64,000 nucleotides of DNA from Rhodoluna sp. (GCA_044239775.1 JBIIAT010000003.1:40584-104583); one strand, 5' to 3'. Positions 21,538 to 32,830 are shown, counted from the stretch's first letter. Numbers and translations are program-made. Notes: generated by a model not told the origin, from the sequence alone.

Positions 21538-21795
21538 CTAACTTGCTAGAAACACGTACACCGTAGCGAGCGCCAAAATCAAGTAGCTACCCCCGCCAAC
21601 GTAGACCAGTTTCCTGACTATGCCCTCGGGCTGTGCGCGGAACAGGTGAAATAAAGAAACGAGGGCTACTGAACCAGCCAAAATTGTGCCAAACCACTCC
21701 GGTGCCGTTATGGCAACCTGGGACGCAATCGCCCAGACCGCAAGAATGCCAACGATCAGCCAGATGCTAAGAATTTGACCCCACTGTTTTGACAT
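21538..21795 (-). CDS. Hypothetical three-TM membrane protein
   Basis: 85-aa hydrophobic ORF filling the gap, co-oriented with its neighbours. Confidence 0.7.
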   Translation of the reverse strand: MSKQWGQILSIWLIVGILAVWAIASQVAITAPEWFGTILAGSVALVSLFHLFRAQPEGIVRKLVYVGGGSYLILALATVYVFLAS

Positions 21796-21860
21796 ATCTC
21801 AATCATGCCTTAGGCGCTGTCTTCGGGAGCTAAACTTGGCTCAAAGATTTAGGGTGTGAA

Positions 21861-22535
21861 ATGGCACAGTTACTGGTTTTGACTTCAGAGTCAGATAACG
21901 AAGTGCTGCCTGCCCTTGGTCTATTGGGTCACCGAGTTAGATCCATTCGGGCGGAGCCTGCAAGTCTGGTGAATGCACCAGAACACGACCTTGTTTTATT
22001 GGATGCTCGCAAGGACCTGTCCTCCTCCAAAGCTTTGGCCAGAATCCTGGTGTCCACTGGGATCTCATCTCCGCTAATAATTGTTGTTTCCGTTGATGGA
22101 CTAGCTGCCATGAATCAAGAGTGGGGATCTAGCGACATAATCTTGGATTCTGCGGGACCTGCTGAAGTGGAAGCACGAATCAGGCTCGCAATCGGAAAGT
22201 ATCGAGCAGTCAGAGAAGTCGACACCATTCAAGCGTCGGGCGTGGTAATTGATGAGTCAAGTTACTCAGCCAAGGTTCACGGCAGGCCGTTAGATCTAAC
22301 TTATAAAGAGTTTGAACTACTAAAGTTTCTAGCCCAGCACCCTGGAAGAGTCTTCTCAAGAGATCAGTTACTGAGCGAGGTTTGGGGTTATGACTACTTT
22401 GGGGGAAGTAGGACCGTCGATGTCCACATACGAAGACTCCGGGCCAAATTGGGTGAGCTAGAGGGGTTGATTTCAACCGTCAGAAATGTGGGATATCGCT
22501 TTAACCCAAGCGATTTGGACCTCGTGGAAGCTTAG
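21861..22535 (+). CDS. glnR: GlnR-type orphan response regulator
   Basis: [10 protein letters not shown] atypical receiver; [22 protein letters not shown]...[14 protein letters not shown]; typical position near FABP and ppk genes. Confidence 0.85.
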   Translation: MAQLLVLTSESDNEVLPALGLLGHRVRSIRAEPASLVNAPEHDLVLLDARKDLSSSKALARILVSTGISSPLIIVVSVDGLAAMNQEWGSSDIILDSAGPAEVEARIRLAIGKYRAVREVDTIQASGVVIDESSYSAKVHGRPLDLTYKEFELLKFLAQHPGRVFSRDQLLSEVWGYDYFGGSRTVDVHIRRLRAKLGELEGLISTVRNVGYRFNPSDLDLVEA

Positions 22536-22578
22536 TTCAAAAGAATTTAACCTACAGGACAGCTGCTCGTGTCAATAT
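22535..22578 (+). promoter_or_regulatory. PHO-box-like repeats upstream of ppk1
   Basis: GTTCAAA (22535) and TTTAACC (22546) are 11 bp apart; -10-like CAATAT at 22573. Confidence 0.45.
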
Positions 22579-22584
22579 TGAGTT

Positions 22585-24705
22585 ATGTCCGAAGAAACCA
22601 TGGCAATAACCCTGCCCACGTCACCGCATGGTTTAGCGCCGGATAGATACCTAGACCGCGAGCTTAGCTGGCTAGCTTTCAATCGTCGCGTCCTTGAAAT
22701 GGCCGAGGATGAATCGATTCCACTTCTCGAGCGCGTGAACTACCTCAGTATTTTCGCTTCCAACATGGATGAATTCTTTATGGTTCGCGTTGCTGGATTA
22801 CAGCGTCGATTGGCAACAGGACTTGCGGTTAGAAGCCCCTCTGGGCTATCCCCAAAAGAAGTTCTGACCAACATTTCCACCTCCGCCCATGAGCTCCAAC
22901 TTAGGCACGCAAAACTCTTTCTGGATAACATTGAGCCAGAGCTTGAAAAAAACGGTATCCACCTAGTTCGATGGCGCGAACTAAGACCAGACGAGAAAAT
23001 TTCGCTAGAGCAGTATTTTCAGGATCACGTTTTTCCAGTTCTTACTCCACTCGCCGTTGATCCAGCACATCCTTTTCCATACATCTCGGGATTGTCGCTG
23101 AACCTAGCAGTTGTTCTGAAAAAGACGGGAAGTGCAACTGAGCACTTTGCAAGGATAAAGGTACCGCCACTTCTTCCAAGGTTTGTCTTAATCCCTGCGA
23201 AACAAGACACAGCGGAAGTTCGTTACGTTCCGCTAGAAGATGTCATAGGCGAATTTCTGCAATTATTGTTTCCCGGTATGGAAGTAGTTCAGTACCATAA
23301 TTTCCGCGTTACCAGAAATGAAGACCTGGATGTTGACGAAGAAGAAGGAGAGAATCTTCTTTTGGCGCTTGAAAAAGAGCTTCTTCGAAGAAGATTTGGT
23401 CCACCGGTCCGTCTTGAAATTGCAGATGACATGAACCCTCAGGTTCTGGAGTTACTGATTCGAGAGCTAGATATATCTACTCAGGATGTTTACACGCTCC
23501 CCTCACCGCTTGATTTGACTGGGTTGCAGGACATCGCATCATTGGCTAGGCCTGAGCTTCGAAACTCCAAGCATCAAGTTGTAACCAATAAGTACCTTCG
23601 ACCACGAGACGACGAAGAACTCGACATTTTCAAAGTCTTGAAACAGCGTGAGCTCTTGGTGCACCACCCCTACGAATCTTTCTCAACTAGCGTTCAAGAA
23701 TTTTTGGAACAGGCCTCTCAAGACCCTCAGGTGCTAGCAATAAAACAAACGCTTTATCGAACATCTGGAGACTCGCCTGTTGTTGATGCACTAATCCAAG
23801 CCGCCCAAGCGGGAAAACAAGTTCTTGCTCTTGTTGAGATTAAGGCACGCTTTGACGAACAAAACAACATCACCTGGGCCAGGAAATTAGAGCAGGCCGG
23901 GGTTCACGTTGTTTACGGAATGGTTGGTCTAAAAACCCACTGCAAGCTGGCCTTGGTTATCAGACAAGAAGCTGGCCAGCTAGTTCGCTACTGTCACATT
24001 GGAACCGGAAACTACAACCCGAAAACTGCCAGGGTTTATGAAGATTTTGGGCTACTGACCTCTAGAGAAGAAGTCGGTGAGGATCTCACCAAGTTGTTCA
24101 ATCACCTCTCGGGTTATGCACCCGAAGCTACCTTTAAGTCTTTACTTGTTTCCCCGGTTGGTGTTCGTGAAGGCCTAAGTGAGCTTATTGATCAGGAAAT
24201 TGGGCATCACCTTGCTGGAAAGAAATCAGGTATCAAGATCAAGGTAAATGCTCTAGTGGATGAAGGAATCATCGACTCCCTCTATAGGGCATCGATAGCA
24301 GGAGTTCCCGTTGAAATTCTGGTTCGGGGAATGTGCGCGCTAAAGCCTGGGGTCAAGGGTCTATCGGAAACAATCAAAGTTAGATCTATCTTGGGTAGAT
24401 ACCTAGAGCACAGCCGGGTGTTCAGTTTCCAAGGTGGTGGTGACGCTAAGGTTTACATTGGATCCGCCGACATGATGCACAGAAACCTAGATCGTAGGGT
24501 TGAGGTTCTTGTCAGACTGATTGAACCAGAGCACATTGAAAGAGTTGAAACCATGTTCTTACTTTCGATGAGTGATGACATGTCGGTTTGGAACCTGGTG
24601 GCTGATGGTTCCTGGATTAGATCTAAAGTTGATCAGTCTGGTGCTCCGCTAAGAGATTTCCAAGACGCTGTAATGCAAACAATCACCGAACGCCAAGGCA
24701 AATAG
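22585..24705 (+). CDS. ppk1: Polyphosphate kinase 1
   Basis: [32 protein letters not shown] and GSADMM-RNL. Confidence 0.98.
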   Translation: MSEETMAITLPTSPHGLAPDRYLDRELSWLAFNRRVLEMAEDESIPLLERVNYLSIFASNMDEFFMVRVAGLQRRLATGLAVRSPSGLSPKEVLTNISTSAHELQLRHAKLFLDNIEPELEKNGIHLVRWRELRPDEKISLEQYFQDHVFPVLTPLAVDPAHPFPYISGLSLNLAVVLKKTGSATEHFARIKVPPLLPRFVLIPAKQDTAEVRYVPLEDVIGEFLQLLFPGMEVVQYHNFRVTRNEDLDVDEEEGENLLLALEKELLRRRFGPPVRLEIADDMNPQVLELLIRELDISTQDVYTLPSPLDLTGLQDIASLARPELRNSKHQVVTNKYLRPRDDEELDIFKVLKQRELLVHHPYESFSTSVQEFLEQASQDPQVLAIKQTLYRTSGDSPVVDALIQAAQAGKQVLALVEIKARFDEQNNITWARKLEQAGVHVVYGMVGLKTHCKLALVIRQEAGQLVRYCHIGTGNYNPKTARVYEDFGLLTSREEVGEDLTKLFNHLSGYAPEATFKSLLVSPVGVREGLSELIDQEIGHHLAGKKSGIKIKVNALVDEGIIDSLYRASIAGVPVEILVRGMCALKPGVKGLSETIKVRSILGRYLEHSRVFSFQGGGDAKVYIGSADMMHRNLDRRVEVLVRLIEPEHIERVETMFLLSMSDDMSVWNLVADGSWIRSKVDQSGAPLRDFQDAVMQTITERQGK

Positions 24706-24709
24706 TTCG

Positions 24710-25645
24710 ATGGATGTGTACGCAGCAGGTGCGGTATGTTGGCGCGAGGAGAAGCGTGAGCTTCTGGTGGCGATTGTGCATCGAGTCAGATATCAAGACT
24801 GGACTTTCCCGAAGGGAAAAGTTGATCCAGGTGAAACTCTCGCAGAAACTGCCGTAAGGGAAATCAAGGAGGAAACTGGGCTAAAGATAAAGCTCGGCGT
24901 TCCTCTAGAGACCATGACCTACCCACTCGATAAAACCAGGAACAAAGTAGTGCACTACTGGGCAGCTAGGGTTAGCGATAAAGCTCTGTCAGGTTCCAAG
25001 TTCAAGCCAAATGATGAAATCTCCGAGGTAGTTTGGATCAAAGCAGATGAGGCTTTTTCAAAGCTTAGCTACCAGCATGACCGCGAACTGCTTCAGGAAG
25101 TTCTGGATTTTCGAAAAAAGGGAATGCTAAAAACTAAGCCTTTGATTATCCTTCGTCACGCTGCCGCCACACCAAGAGCTGATTACGTCGGTGAGGATGG
25201 CAAAAGACCCCTGCTTCCAGATGGCAAAAAGCAAGCCAAAGAACTGATTCGTTTACTTAGTGCTTATGGGCCTAAAAGGGTGTTTACAAGCCCCTGGAGA
25301 AGGTGCAGAGACACCATCAGCCCATATGCCAAAGCCCACAAATACAAGCTCATCGAAAGAGGTGAGCTTTCTGAGATGGGGAACGCCAAGGGTCCTGCAA
25401 GAACAACCAAGGTAGCAAAGCAGCTATTTGCTGACGCTAGATCATCTGTACTCTGCACCCACAGACCAACTCTTCCAACAATTACAGAAGTTCTTGCAAG
25501 TTACGCCGAGCCAGCTCTAGCTAAGTTAATCTTGGAAGCGAAAACCCTGAAGCCTGCAGAGTTTGTGGTGCTACATCTAACTACCTCTGGAAAAAAACCA
25601 AGACTTGTTGCTGTTGAGCACCAAAGTCTTTCCGAGAGGCTCTAG
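24710..25645 (+). CDS. mutT1: NUDIX hydrolase with histidine-phosphatase domain (MutT1)
   Basis: Nudix box PKGKVDPGE...[10 protein letters not shown] plus a C-terminal LRHA phosphatase domain; follows ppk1. Confidence 0.88.
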   Translation: MDVYAAGAVCWREEKRELLVAIVHRVRYQDWTFPKGKVDPGETLAETAVREIKEETGLKIKLGVPLETMTYPLDKTRNKVVHYWAARVSDKALSGSKFKPNDEISEVVWIKADEAFSKLSYQHDRELLQEVLDFRKKGMLKTKPLIILRHAAATPRADYVGEDGKRPLLPDGKKQAKELIRLLSAYGPKRVFTSPWRRCRDTISPYAKAHKYKLIERGELSEMGNAKGPARTTKVAKQLFADARSSVLCTHRPTLPTITEVLASYAEPALAKLILEAKTLKPAEFVVLHLTTSGKKPRLVAVEHQSLSERL

Positions 25646-26436
25646 CCGAATTTACCGGTTACGTAATCCAAAGTCCGTTGGTCCGAAGGACTCGAGAACA
25701 TAACATCGGTCACGTCGTGCTCAACCAAAGTACCAACCCTAGAACCTTCTCCACGAGAGGTATCTACTGTGAAGAATGCTGTTCTATCCGCTACTCGAGC
25801 CGCTTGTTGCATGTTGTGAGTCACAATAACAATTGTGTAGTCCTTCTTTAGCTCAAACATTAAGTCTTCAATCTTGAAGGTGGAGATTGGGTCAAGTGCG
25901 GAGCACGGCTCGTCCATCAAAATAACATCAGGCTTCACGGCGATAGCTCTTGCAATACAAAGGCGCTGCTGCTGTCCACCGGACATGCCAAACGCGTTGT
26001 CTTTCAATCGATCTTTCACGTCTTCCCAAAGTGAAGCCGACTTAAGAGCGCTCTCGACGATTTCGTCCATGTTGCCCTTCATGCCAAGAGTCTGAGGACC
26101 GAATGCGATGTTGTCGTAAATTGACTTTGGGAAAGGGTTTGGCTTCTGGAACACCATCCCGACAAGCTTACGAACCTGCACAGGATCAACATCTGGACCA
26201 TACATGTCCTGACCGTGATAAAGCACCTCTCCAGAAACCTTGGCTCCTGGAATCAGGTCATTCATGCGGTTCAGGCTTCGAAGCACTGTGGACTTTCCGC
26301 AACCGGAAGGTCCAATCAGGGCAGTGATCTCGTTCTGGTAGATGGGTAGGTTAACTCCTGCAACAGCAAGGTTCTTGCCGTACGAGACGCTCATGTCCTT
26401 GAGAGAAAATACTTCGTTTAGCGCGGTTGTTGTCAT
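25642..26436 (-). CDS. pstB: Phosphate ABC transporter ATPase
   Basis: [30 protein letters not shown] and THNMQQA. Confidence 0.97.
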   Translation of the reverse strand: MTTTALNEVFSLKDMSVSYGKNLAVAGVNLPIYQNEITALIGPSGCGKSTVLRSLNRMNDLIPGAKVSGEVLYHGQDMYGPDVDPVQVRKLVGMVFQKPNPFPKSIYDNIAFGPQTLGMKGNMDEIVESALKSASLWEDVKDRLKDNAFGMSGGQQQRLCIARAIAVKPDVILMDEPCSALDPISTFKIEDLMFELKKDYTIVIVTHNMQQAARVADRTAFFTVDTSRGEGSRVGTLVEHDVTDVMFSSPSDQRTLDYVTGKFG

Positions 26437-26445
26437 TAGTTATTC

Positions 26446-27378
26446 CTACCAGGTTCTCTCGTAGCGGGCTCGCAGCCAAACTGCGATTGAATTGATGAAG
26501 AAAAGCACAACAAGCATTACCAATATGCCCGCAGCCGCTAGAGTGTGAAACTCCTCTTGAGGTCTTCCGGCATAGTTATAAATCATTACCGGCAGGGCAG
26601 AGTAGCTATCATTCCAGAAGTCGGGATCAAAAGTAACGAATGTTGCTGCGCCAACAAGAAGTAGTGGTGCAGCCTCACCGATTGCTCTAGCTACAGCCAA
26701 GATGACTCCCGTGAGCATTCCCGGTGCTGCGGAAGGCAAAACCATCTTCCAGACTGACTGCCACCTAGTTGCACCCAGTGCCAGTGCTCCGTCCAGAAGT
26801 GATGATGGCACAGCTCGAATCGCTTCACGCGAAGCAAGGATAACGGTAGGCAAAACAAGAATCGCAACCGTTGCGGAACCCGCCGCAACCACGAAACCTA
26901 GGTCAAAGATTCCTCGCACTATAAAAGCAAGACCCAGGATTCCGAACACAATAGATGGGACACCCGCAAGATTTTGGATGTTCAGTTCGATAATTCGGTT
27001 GTACCACTTAGTCCGATCCGCAAAAAGTTCAAGGAACGTCGCGGCGGAGATACCTAACGGAACGATGATTACGATAACACCTAAAATCAGCTGGATGGTT
27101 CCAAGAATTGCGGGACGGTAACCGGCAGTTTCCGGCCTAAAGGACGAGGGGTTGTTGGTAAAGAGCCCAATGTTGACTCTGCTACCACCCTCTACCAATG
27201 CCCACGCCACGATTGCGGCAATCATTACAAGAGAGATTGTTAGAGCAGCCAGTAAAACCAACCTGAAAGCGATGCCTTGTATTTCAGCCTTGTTGTTTGA
27301 TCCTTTATAAATCGTTCGGGTCACAGCCGCTGCTGTAGATGCTGCGCCTACCGCCCTGCGAGGTATCTTGTTTTTCAC
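26446..27378 (-). CDS. pstA: Phosphate ABC transporter permease PstA
   Basis: NLAGVPSIVFGILG, ALGATRWQ and ARAIGEAAP. Confidence 0.95.
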   Translation of the reverse strand: MKNKIPRRAVGAASTAAAVTRTIYKGSNNKAEIQGIAFRLVLLAALTISLVMIAAIVAWALVEGGSRVNIGLFTNNPSSFRPETAGYRPAILGTIQLILGVIVIIVPLGISAATFLELFADRTKWYNRIIELNIQNLAGVPSIVFGILGLAFIVRGIFDLGFVVAAGSATVAILVLPTVILASREAIRAVPSSLLDGALALGATRWQSVWKMVLPSAAPGMLTGVILAVARAIGEAAPLLLVGAATFVTFDPDFWNDSYSALPVMIYNYAGRPQEEFHTLAAAGILVMLVVLFFINSIAVWLRARYERTW

Positions 27379-28328
27379 TAGTCGTACACCTCGCGGAACT
27401 TGTTTACGAACCTGATTGCAATCATGTTCATAGTGAGGGTCATTAGGAACAAGAGTGTACCTACGGCAAAAATCGAGTAGTAGTCGATGGTTCCTTGAGC
27501 AATTTCACCGGTAGCGCGGGATGCTATAAAGGCCGTCATTGCTCCAGCGGGCTCGGTGAATCCAATCTTGAGCTGCGGAGATCCTCCTCCAGCAACCAAC
27601 AAAACAACCATTGTTTCGCCAATTGCTCTAGAGGCACCAAGCACGAAGGAGGCTACTATTCCTGAGATAGCTGCTGGAACTACAACGGTGATTGCAACTC
27701 GCATCTTGGTTGCTCCGAGTGCATAAGCACCCTCCCGAAGTGCTGAAGGAACCGCACGCATCGCGTCATCGCTGACTGATGCAATGAGTGGAATAATTAT
27801 GATTCCTACGGTGATTCCAGCTACACCGATTGAGAATGGGCTAGTCCAACCCAAGTCAGGAGTTAGCTCCTGAATAAGGGGCTTGAACCAGAAAACTGCG
27901 AACAATCCAACGGCCACAGTTGGAAGTCCCTCAAGAACCTCGAGCACTGGCTTGATGATTTTTCTAACTGGGTTAGAAGCATATTCCGAAAGATAAATTG
28001 CTCCACCAAGTCCGAGTGGAATTCCAACGAGGGAAGCGTAGAAAACAACTTGTAGCGTTCCTGCTACAAGCGGGAGTACTCCAAAGGAAGCGTCTGTAAA
28101 GGAAGGTGCCCAAAGGGTGCCGGTGAGAAAACTCCAGAGATCTACGTACTCGAAGAATCCAGGAAGAGGCGAGAACAGGGCGATAACAATTCCGATTGTG
28201 ACCGCAACGGACACGGCGGCGGCTCCAAATAAAAGGCCGATGATGATTTTTTCCCCAATATGAGGGTTGGTCGCCCGAAGTGGGTTCCTTGCGGAATCAC
28301 CTCGGGCGACCTTGACAGCAGAGCTCAT
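27378..28328 (-). CDS. pstC: Phosphate ABC transporter permease PstC
   Basis: YLSEYA, REGAYALGAT and SRAIGETM. Confidence 0.95.
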   Translation of the reverse strand: MSSAVKVARGDSARNPLRATNPHIGEKIIIGLLFGAAAVSVAVTIGIVIALFSPLPGFFEYVDLWSFLTGTLWAPSFTDASFGVLPLVAGTLQVVFYASLVGIPLGLGGAIYLSEYASNPVRKIIKPVLEVLEGLPTVAVGLFAVFWFKPLIQELTPDLGWTSPFSIGVAGITVGIIIIPLIASVSDDAMRAVPSALREGAYALGATKMRVAITVVVPAAISGIVASFVLGASRAIGETMVVLLVAGGGSPQLKIGFTEPAGAMTAFIASRATGEIAQGTIDYYSIFAVGTLLFLMTLTMNMIAIRFVNKFREVYD

Positions 28329-28385
28329 GGGTCTGTACTTCTCCCTATCTCGACTGTCGAATTGTTCTTATTTTTACTTTAGTAC

Positions 28386-29342
28386 TTACTGAACTAGTGC
28401 TTCGAGCTTCGCAAGAGCCTCGCTCTGCTGCGCAGCTGTTAGGCCCACGTATCCAGCACTTGAGTTGATTAGCTCGGTCTCTTCGACTAGGAACTTAGCG
28501 AAAGCGAACACCTCTGGACGAACCAAAGCGGTGCTAGCGAAGTAGGTGTAAAGACCGCGACCAAGAGGTGTGTAAGTACCTGCCTGAACGTTCTCAACAG
28601 TTGGAGCAACACAGCCTGATCCACCGTCAACCTCAAGAGCCTTTAGCTCGTCAAGGTTTTCCTGGTAGTAGGAGAAAGGAATGAAGCCCATTCCACCTGC
28701 GGAACCAGACACACCCTCTACTGCTAGTAGGTCGTCTTCACCAATGTTGATGTAGTCGTTACGGATGTTACCCTCTTCGCCGTTGATTTCATCTGTGAAG
28801 AAGTCGAACGTACCAGAGTCAGTTCCTGGACCGTAAAGTGCAAGCTCTACGTCAGCAATCGAGTCTGGCATGCCATCAACGTCGCCCCAGGTCATGATTG
28901 ATCCTGCTGCGTCTGCGTTCCAGATGGTAGCTAGCTGCTCGGTTGTGATGCACTCTAGCGGGTTGTCTTTGTTTACAACAACAGACAATGCGTCGTTTGC
29001 AACTGTTACGAAGTCGTACTTGATTCCGGCTGCGTCACAGATTGCTGCTTCTTCTTCCTTGATTTCACGAGAAGCGTTAGATGCATCGGTTTCACCGTTA
29101 CAGAACTTCTCGAATCCTCCACCAGTACCAGAGATGTTTACAGCTACGCGAACTCCGGAGTTGATCTCCATGAATAGCTCAGCGGCAATTTCTGATGCTG
29201 GACCAACGGTTGATGACCCATCGATAAGGATTGAGCCGGATAGTGCTTCTGCTGCTGGTTCTTCAGGTTCTGCTGCACAGCCTGCTAGAACTAGAACAGA
29301 TGCCGACATTAGAGCGGCAACTGAAATTAGTTTCTTTTTCAA
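28386..29342 (-). CDS. pstS: Phosphate-binding lipoprotein PstS
   Basis: Lipobox LAGC; DGSSTV, GTGGGF and SGTFDFF. Confidence 0.95.
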   Translation of the reverse strand: MKKKLISVAALMSASVLVLAGCAAEPEEPAAEALSGSILIDGSSTVGPASEIAAELFMEINSGVRVAVNISGTGGGFEKFCNGETDASNASREIKEEEAAICDAAGIKYDFVTVANDALSVVVNKDNPLECITTEQLATIWNADAAGSIMTWGDVDGMPDSIADVELALYGPGTDSGTFDFFTDEINGEEGNIRNDYINIGEDDLLAVEGVSGSAGGMGFIPFSYYQENLDELKALEVDGGSGCVAPTVENVQAGTYTPLGRGLYTYFASTALVRPEVFAFAKFLVEETELINSSAGYVGLTAAQQSEALAKLEALVQ

Positions 29343-29405
29343 TGTATTTCTCCTAATTGGAATTGATAAAGGCAGACTGCCTGCCTCTCTAGAAAGATTC
29401 CATTA

Positions 29406-29449
29406 AGGACCTAAATGGAAGTAAGAGCTGAGGTAAACGGAAGGTGAAT
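29406..29449 (-). promoter_or_regulatory. PHO-box-like 11-bp repeat array upstream of pstS
   Basis: Minus strand reads ATTCACCTTCC-GTTTACCTCAG-CTCTTACTTCC-ATTTAGGTCCT, resembling the actinomycete PhoP unit GTTCACC-N4. Confidence 0.6.
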
Positions 29450-29529
29450 CATCTCTGAAAAGCTGAAAACCTTCAGGTTTTGGTTGAGGTCTGGGTCTCA
29501 GGCTGAGTGCGTGTATTCTCTTGTGAATA

Positions 29530-30411
29530 ATGACCAAATCTTCCTGGGCTGTGCTTTCACTGATCTTTGTTGCCATTGTTTGGGGTGCAGGGTTTGTGCT
29601 CATGAAAGACGCCATTGACGACCAGCCAGTTTTCGACTTCCTGGCTACCAGATTCACCTTGGCAACTCTTGTGATGATTGCCATCCGCCCTCAGGTGCTG
29701 TCAGCAATAAACAAGCAAACTCTTTTCCGAGGGTCTGTGCTTGGGGTCATGCTTGGCCTCGCTTACATCACACAAACCATTGGCCTTGATCTAACAACGG
29801 CTGCAATAACAGGTTTTTTGACCGGGCTTTATGTTGTCTTCACGCCACTTCTTTTTTGGTTTGTATTCAAGAAGAAAGTGGATAAGAAGGTAATTGTTGG
29901 AACAACGCTTGCGCTCACGGCATTGTTGTTTATCTCTTTCAATGGGATTTCCATTGACCCAGGGCAAATCTGGCTAATTGCCTGTGCTCTACTTTTTGCT
30001 GGGCACATCATCGGACTTAGTTTCTGGAGTAACGCCAAAGACATTTACCCACTAACGGTTGTCCAACTTGGCGCCGGTGCGGTTGTTTGCTGGTTGGGTG
30101 CCGTGCCGGATGGCTACCAGCCACCACCGAATGCCTTTGTTTGGGGAACCGTGGTCTTCACTGCGGTTTTTGCAACTGCATTGGCATTTTTGATTCAGAC
30201 TTGGGCTCAGTCCATAATGGATCCTTCCCGAGTTGCCATTATCTTGACTGGCGAGATTGTCTTTGCAGCGGTAATCGCAGTTGCGGTTGGTCAAGAGGTG
30301 TTGGCTGCTCGAACAATCATTGGTGGTGTTTTGATTGTGGTAGCAATGCTGATTGTTGAATGGCCAGACAAAAAGAGCAAAAGCCCACTCGACCAGCCTC
30401 ATTTCACTTGA
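29530..30411 (+). CDS. EamA/DMT family transporter
   Basis: About ten TM helices in two repeats; IVWGAGF and QTIGL...AFLIQTWAQ. Confidence 0.9.
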   Translation: MTKSSWAVLSLIFVAIVWGAGFVLMKDAIDDQPVFDFLATRFTLATLVMIAIRPQVLSAINKQTLFRGSVLGVMLGLAYITQTIGLDLTTAAITGFLTGLYVVFTPLLFWFVFKKKVDKKVIVGTTLALTALLFISFNGISIDPGQIWLIACALLFAGHIIGLSFWSNAKDIYPLTVVQLGAGAVVCWLGAVPDGYQPPPNAFVWGTVVFTAVFATALAFLIQTWAQSIMDPSRVAIILTGEIVFAAVIAVAVGQEVLAARTIIGGVLIVVAMLIVEWPDKKSKSPLDQPHFT

Positions 30412-30500
30412 GTCAATAATCCCTCTGTCACCGCACCCCAACCCATAAATCCCATAGCTGGTAAGGTTGAAAGGCTCCCTGGGTGACTGGGGAAGTGAAT

Positions 30501-30577
30501 GGGCCTCTAGCTCAGTTGGTTAGAGCAACGGACTTTTAATCCGTGGGTCGTCGGTTCGATCCCGACGGGGCCTACCA
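30501..30577 (+). tRNA. tRNA-Lys(TTT)
   Basis: GGGCCTC acceptor, ACGGA-CT-TTT-AA-TCCGT anticodon arm, GGTTCGATCC T-arm, encoded CCA. Confidence 0.97.
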
Positions 30578-30646
30578 AATTGCCTTTGCTTGACAGAGAA
30601 ATTTTTTGCAAGCACTCAATAGAACTTCGAGTGGTGCTAATCACCC

Positions 30647-30760
30647 CTAGGAGTTCTTTTTGCTGGCTGCCTTCGCCTGCTTTTCGAGACGCTTCTCCTT
30701 TAGGTTCTTAGCAGGTGCCTTTTTGTTGTTCTTCTGCGGTTTCTGTTCTTTCTGAGCCAT
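30647..30760 (-). CDS. 37-aa Lys-rich basic peptide (not in ORF track)
   Basis: MAQKEQKPQKNNKKAPAKNLKEKRLEKQAKAASKKNS, with a strong SD GAGG(A) upstream. Confidence 0.7.
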   Translation of the reverse strand: MAQKEQKPQKNNKKAPAKNLKEKRLEKQAKAASKKNS

Positions 30761-30792
30761 TATTTCCTCTTCTCGATAGCTACTTGACTGGT

Positions 30793-31398
30793 TTAAACGT
30801 ATCGGATCTTGTTTTTCTTCTCTCCGATGTATATAACAATAATGACTACCGAGATGTAAAGTGCTTGGCTAACGGCCACCACCCGTTCCCACACCCCAAC
30901 GTTTGTGGTGTTTGGGTCCGTCCAGCTACTTAGAAACCACAGCGCCAAGGCGGTTTGGAGAGCTGTGCCGATGATGGCAGCCGGCGGCCTAAGAATCCAA
31001 GGGGCATCTTTTCGGGTTCGCATCGCAAATAAGTGCCACCCGGCGGAGAGAACAAAAGAGGAGATTGCAAAGATTCGGTGCCAAATCGAGTACCCAATAA
31101 GAGGTGTCGGAAAGATAGTTAGCCCGAAGGTGCAAATAGCGGCCAAGAACAGAGCGATCCTTCCAGGCATCGCAAAAGTTCTTGCGTAGATGGCCGCAAT
31201 TAGGGTCAGTACTCCCCCGAGGACAAAGAAACTGGACATCACAAGCTGAACCGGGGATTCGTTGGCGGCTAAATCGCTGATGGTCTGTCGGACCGGATCG
31301 TAGCCAACCCATAGTGCCCCAGCGATGCTCCAGCCAAGTACGGACTGGATCGGACCAATGATGGCTGCTACAAATGCTGGTTTCTCAATTGGCTTCAT
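30793..31398 (-). CDS. DUF998-family membrane protein
   Basis: GYDPVRQTISDLAA, H in WHRIFA and GVWER motifs; several TM helices. Confidence 0.85.
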   Translation of the reverse strand: MKPIEKPAFVAAIIGPIQSVLGWSIAGALWVGYDPVRQTISDLAANESPVQLVMSSFFVLGGVLTLIAAIYARTFAMPGRIALFLAAICTFGLTIFPTPLIGYSIWHRIFAISSFVLSAGWHLFAMRTRKDAPWILRPPAAIIGTALQTALALWFLSSWTDPNTTNVGVWERVVAVSQALYISVVIIVIYIGEKKNKIRYV

Positions 31399-31476
31399 GA
31401 GGCGAGCTTACTCACTTTCGATTTGGGGGCCTAGAATTCAATCGAGCATGCCCTTCAATTTCAAAGGTGGTGGAGA

Positions 31477-32814
31477 ATGTCAGAACTAGAGTTATCGCTG
31501 GCTGAAGCCGCCGAAAAGGGTAATGTCAAGGTCCTAACTTCCATCTTGGAACTCATGGCACCTCACGAAATCGCTGAGGAGCTCAACCGACTCGATTCCG
31601 TCGAGAGCACCCTGGTCTGGCGACTGCTACCCAAAGATGAAGCACTTGAAGTCTTTGAAGAACTTGACGTTTCTAATCAACAGCAGATTCTCTCGGGAAT
31701 AAGAGGTCTAGCATTTAGAGACCTGCTGGAAAGCATGGACCCAGACGATAGAGCCAGGCTCTTGGGTGAAGCTCCAGCCAGTTTCGTCAAGAAAGTTCTT
31801 GCGGGCCTAAGCCCTAAAGAGCGCAAGATGACAGCCGAGCTTTTGGGCTACCCGGAAGAAACCGTTGGGCGTTACATGTCACCTGAGGTCATTGCGGTTG
31901 CGGAGACTAGCTCCGTTGGTGAGGTTCTTGAGATAATTCGCCGTAAGGGAAATTCTGCGGAGACTGTTTCTGTTCTTGCGGTCGTTGATAGGCAAAGAAA
32001 ATTCATTGGCTCCGTGGATCTAACCGATGTTGTCATGGCAGACACAGATTCCATAATTAGCAAAATCGCAGATCCTGATGCCTCTACAGCATTAGTAACC
32101 GACGATGCTGAAGCAGCAGCAAGGCTGCTGCAAGACACCAACGACCTAGCTCTGATGGTTTTAGATACCGAACAGCGGGTTGTTGGAATCTTTACAGTCG
32201 ATGACGCAATCGACATTATCGAAGAGGCAAACAGCGAAGACTTCGCTCGCCAGTCGGCAGCTCTACCAAGCTCAGGGCACTACCTTTCAGGAAAGGTTTT
32301 CAATCTGGCCAGGCTCAGAATTGTCTGGTTGATGTTCTTGATTATTGCGGCCACCCTCACTGTTTCAGTGCTGCAAGTATTTGAAGGATCCCTCGAGAAA
32401 TTCACAGCCTTGGCGCTATTTATGCCGATGCTGATTGGTGCCGGAGGAAACGTGGGGTCTCAGGCTGCAACTAGTGCTGTTAGGGCAATTGCACTTGGCG
32501 AGGTTAGACCAAAGGACGTTCTTCGAGTTGCTTGGAGAGAGTCAAGAGTGGGTCTGTTACTTGGTCTAGGGCTTGGGTTAGTCGGTTTTGCCGCAGGATG
32601 GTTTGCCGCAAGCTGGCAAGTTGGAGTGACCGTAGCCCTTGCGATTGTGGTTGTGTGCATGTGGGCGGCAACTGTTGGAGCAGTGCTGCCTTTGGGTGCT
32701 CAGGCTCTAAAGATTGATCCTGCTGTTATCTCTGCCCCCATGGTTACAACCTTGGTAGATGCTACCGGTCTGGTTATTTACTTTTTGATTGCCGGCGTCG
32801 TCCTGGGCCTTTAG
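31477..32814 (+). CDS. mgtE: Magnesium transporter MgtE
   Basis: N-domain and CBS pair; GAGGNVGSQA and DPAVISAPMVTTLVD. Confidence 0.95.
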   Translation: MSELELSLAEAAEKGNVKVLTSILELMAPHEIAEELNRLDSVESTLVWRLLPKDEALEVFEELDVSNQQQILSGIRGLAFRDLLESMDPDDRARLLGEAPASFVKKVLAGLSPKERKMTAELLGYPEETVGRYMSPEVIAVAETSSVGEVLEIIRRKGNSAETVSVLAVVDRQRKFIGSVDLTDVVMADTDSIISKIADPDASTALVTDDAEAAARLLQDTNDLALMVLDTEQRVVGIFTVDDAIDIIEEANSEDFARQSAALPSSGHYLSGKVFNLARLRIVWLMFLIIAATLTVSVLQVFEGSLEKFTALALFMPMLIGAGGNVGSQAATSAVRAIALGEVRPKDVLRVAWRESRVGLLLGLGLGLVGFAAGWFAASWQVGVTVALAIVVVCMWAATVGAVLPLGAQALKIDPAVISAPMVTTLVDATGLVIYFLIAGVVLGL

Positions 32815-32830
32815 CTCCCAGGTAAAGCTA

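Noticed and set aside
30610-30640. CIRCE-like AAGCACTC...GAGTGGTGCTAA downstream of tRNA-Lys
   Set aside because: The spacer is 11 nt rather than 9 and the right arm is interrupted; it lies between convergent 3' ends, so a terminator-type hairpin is more likely.
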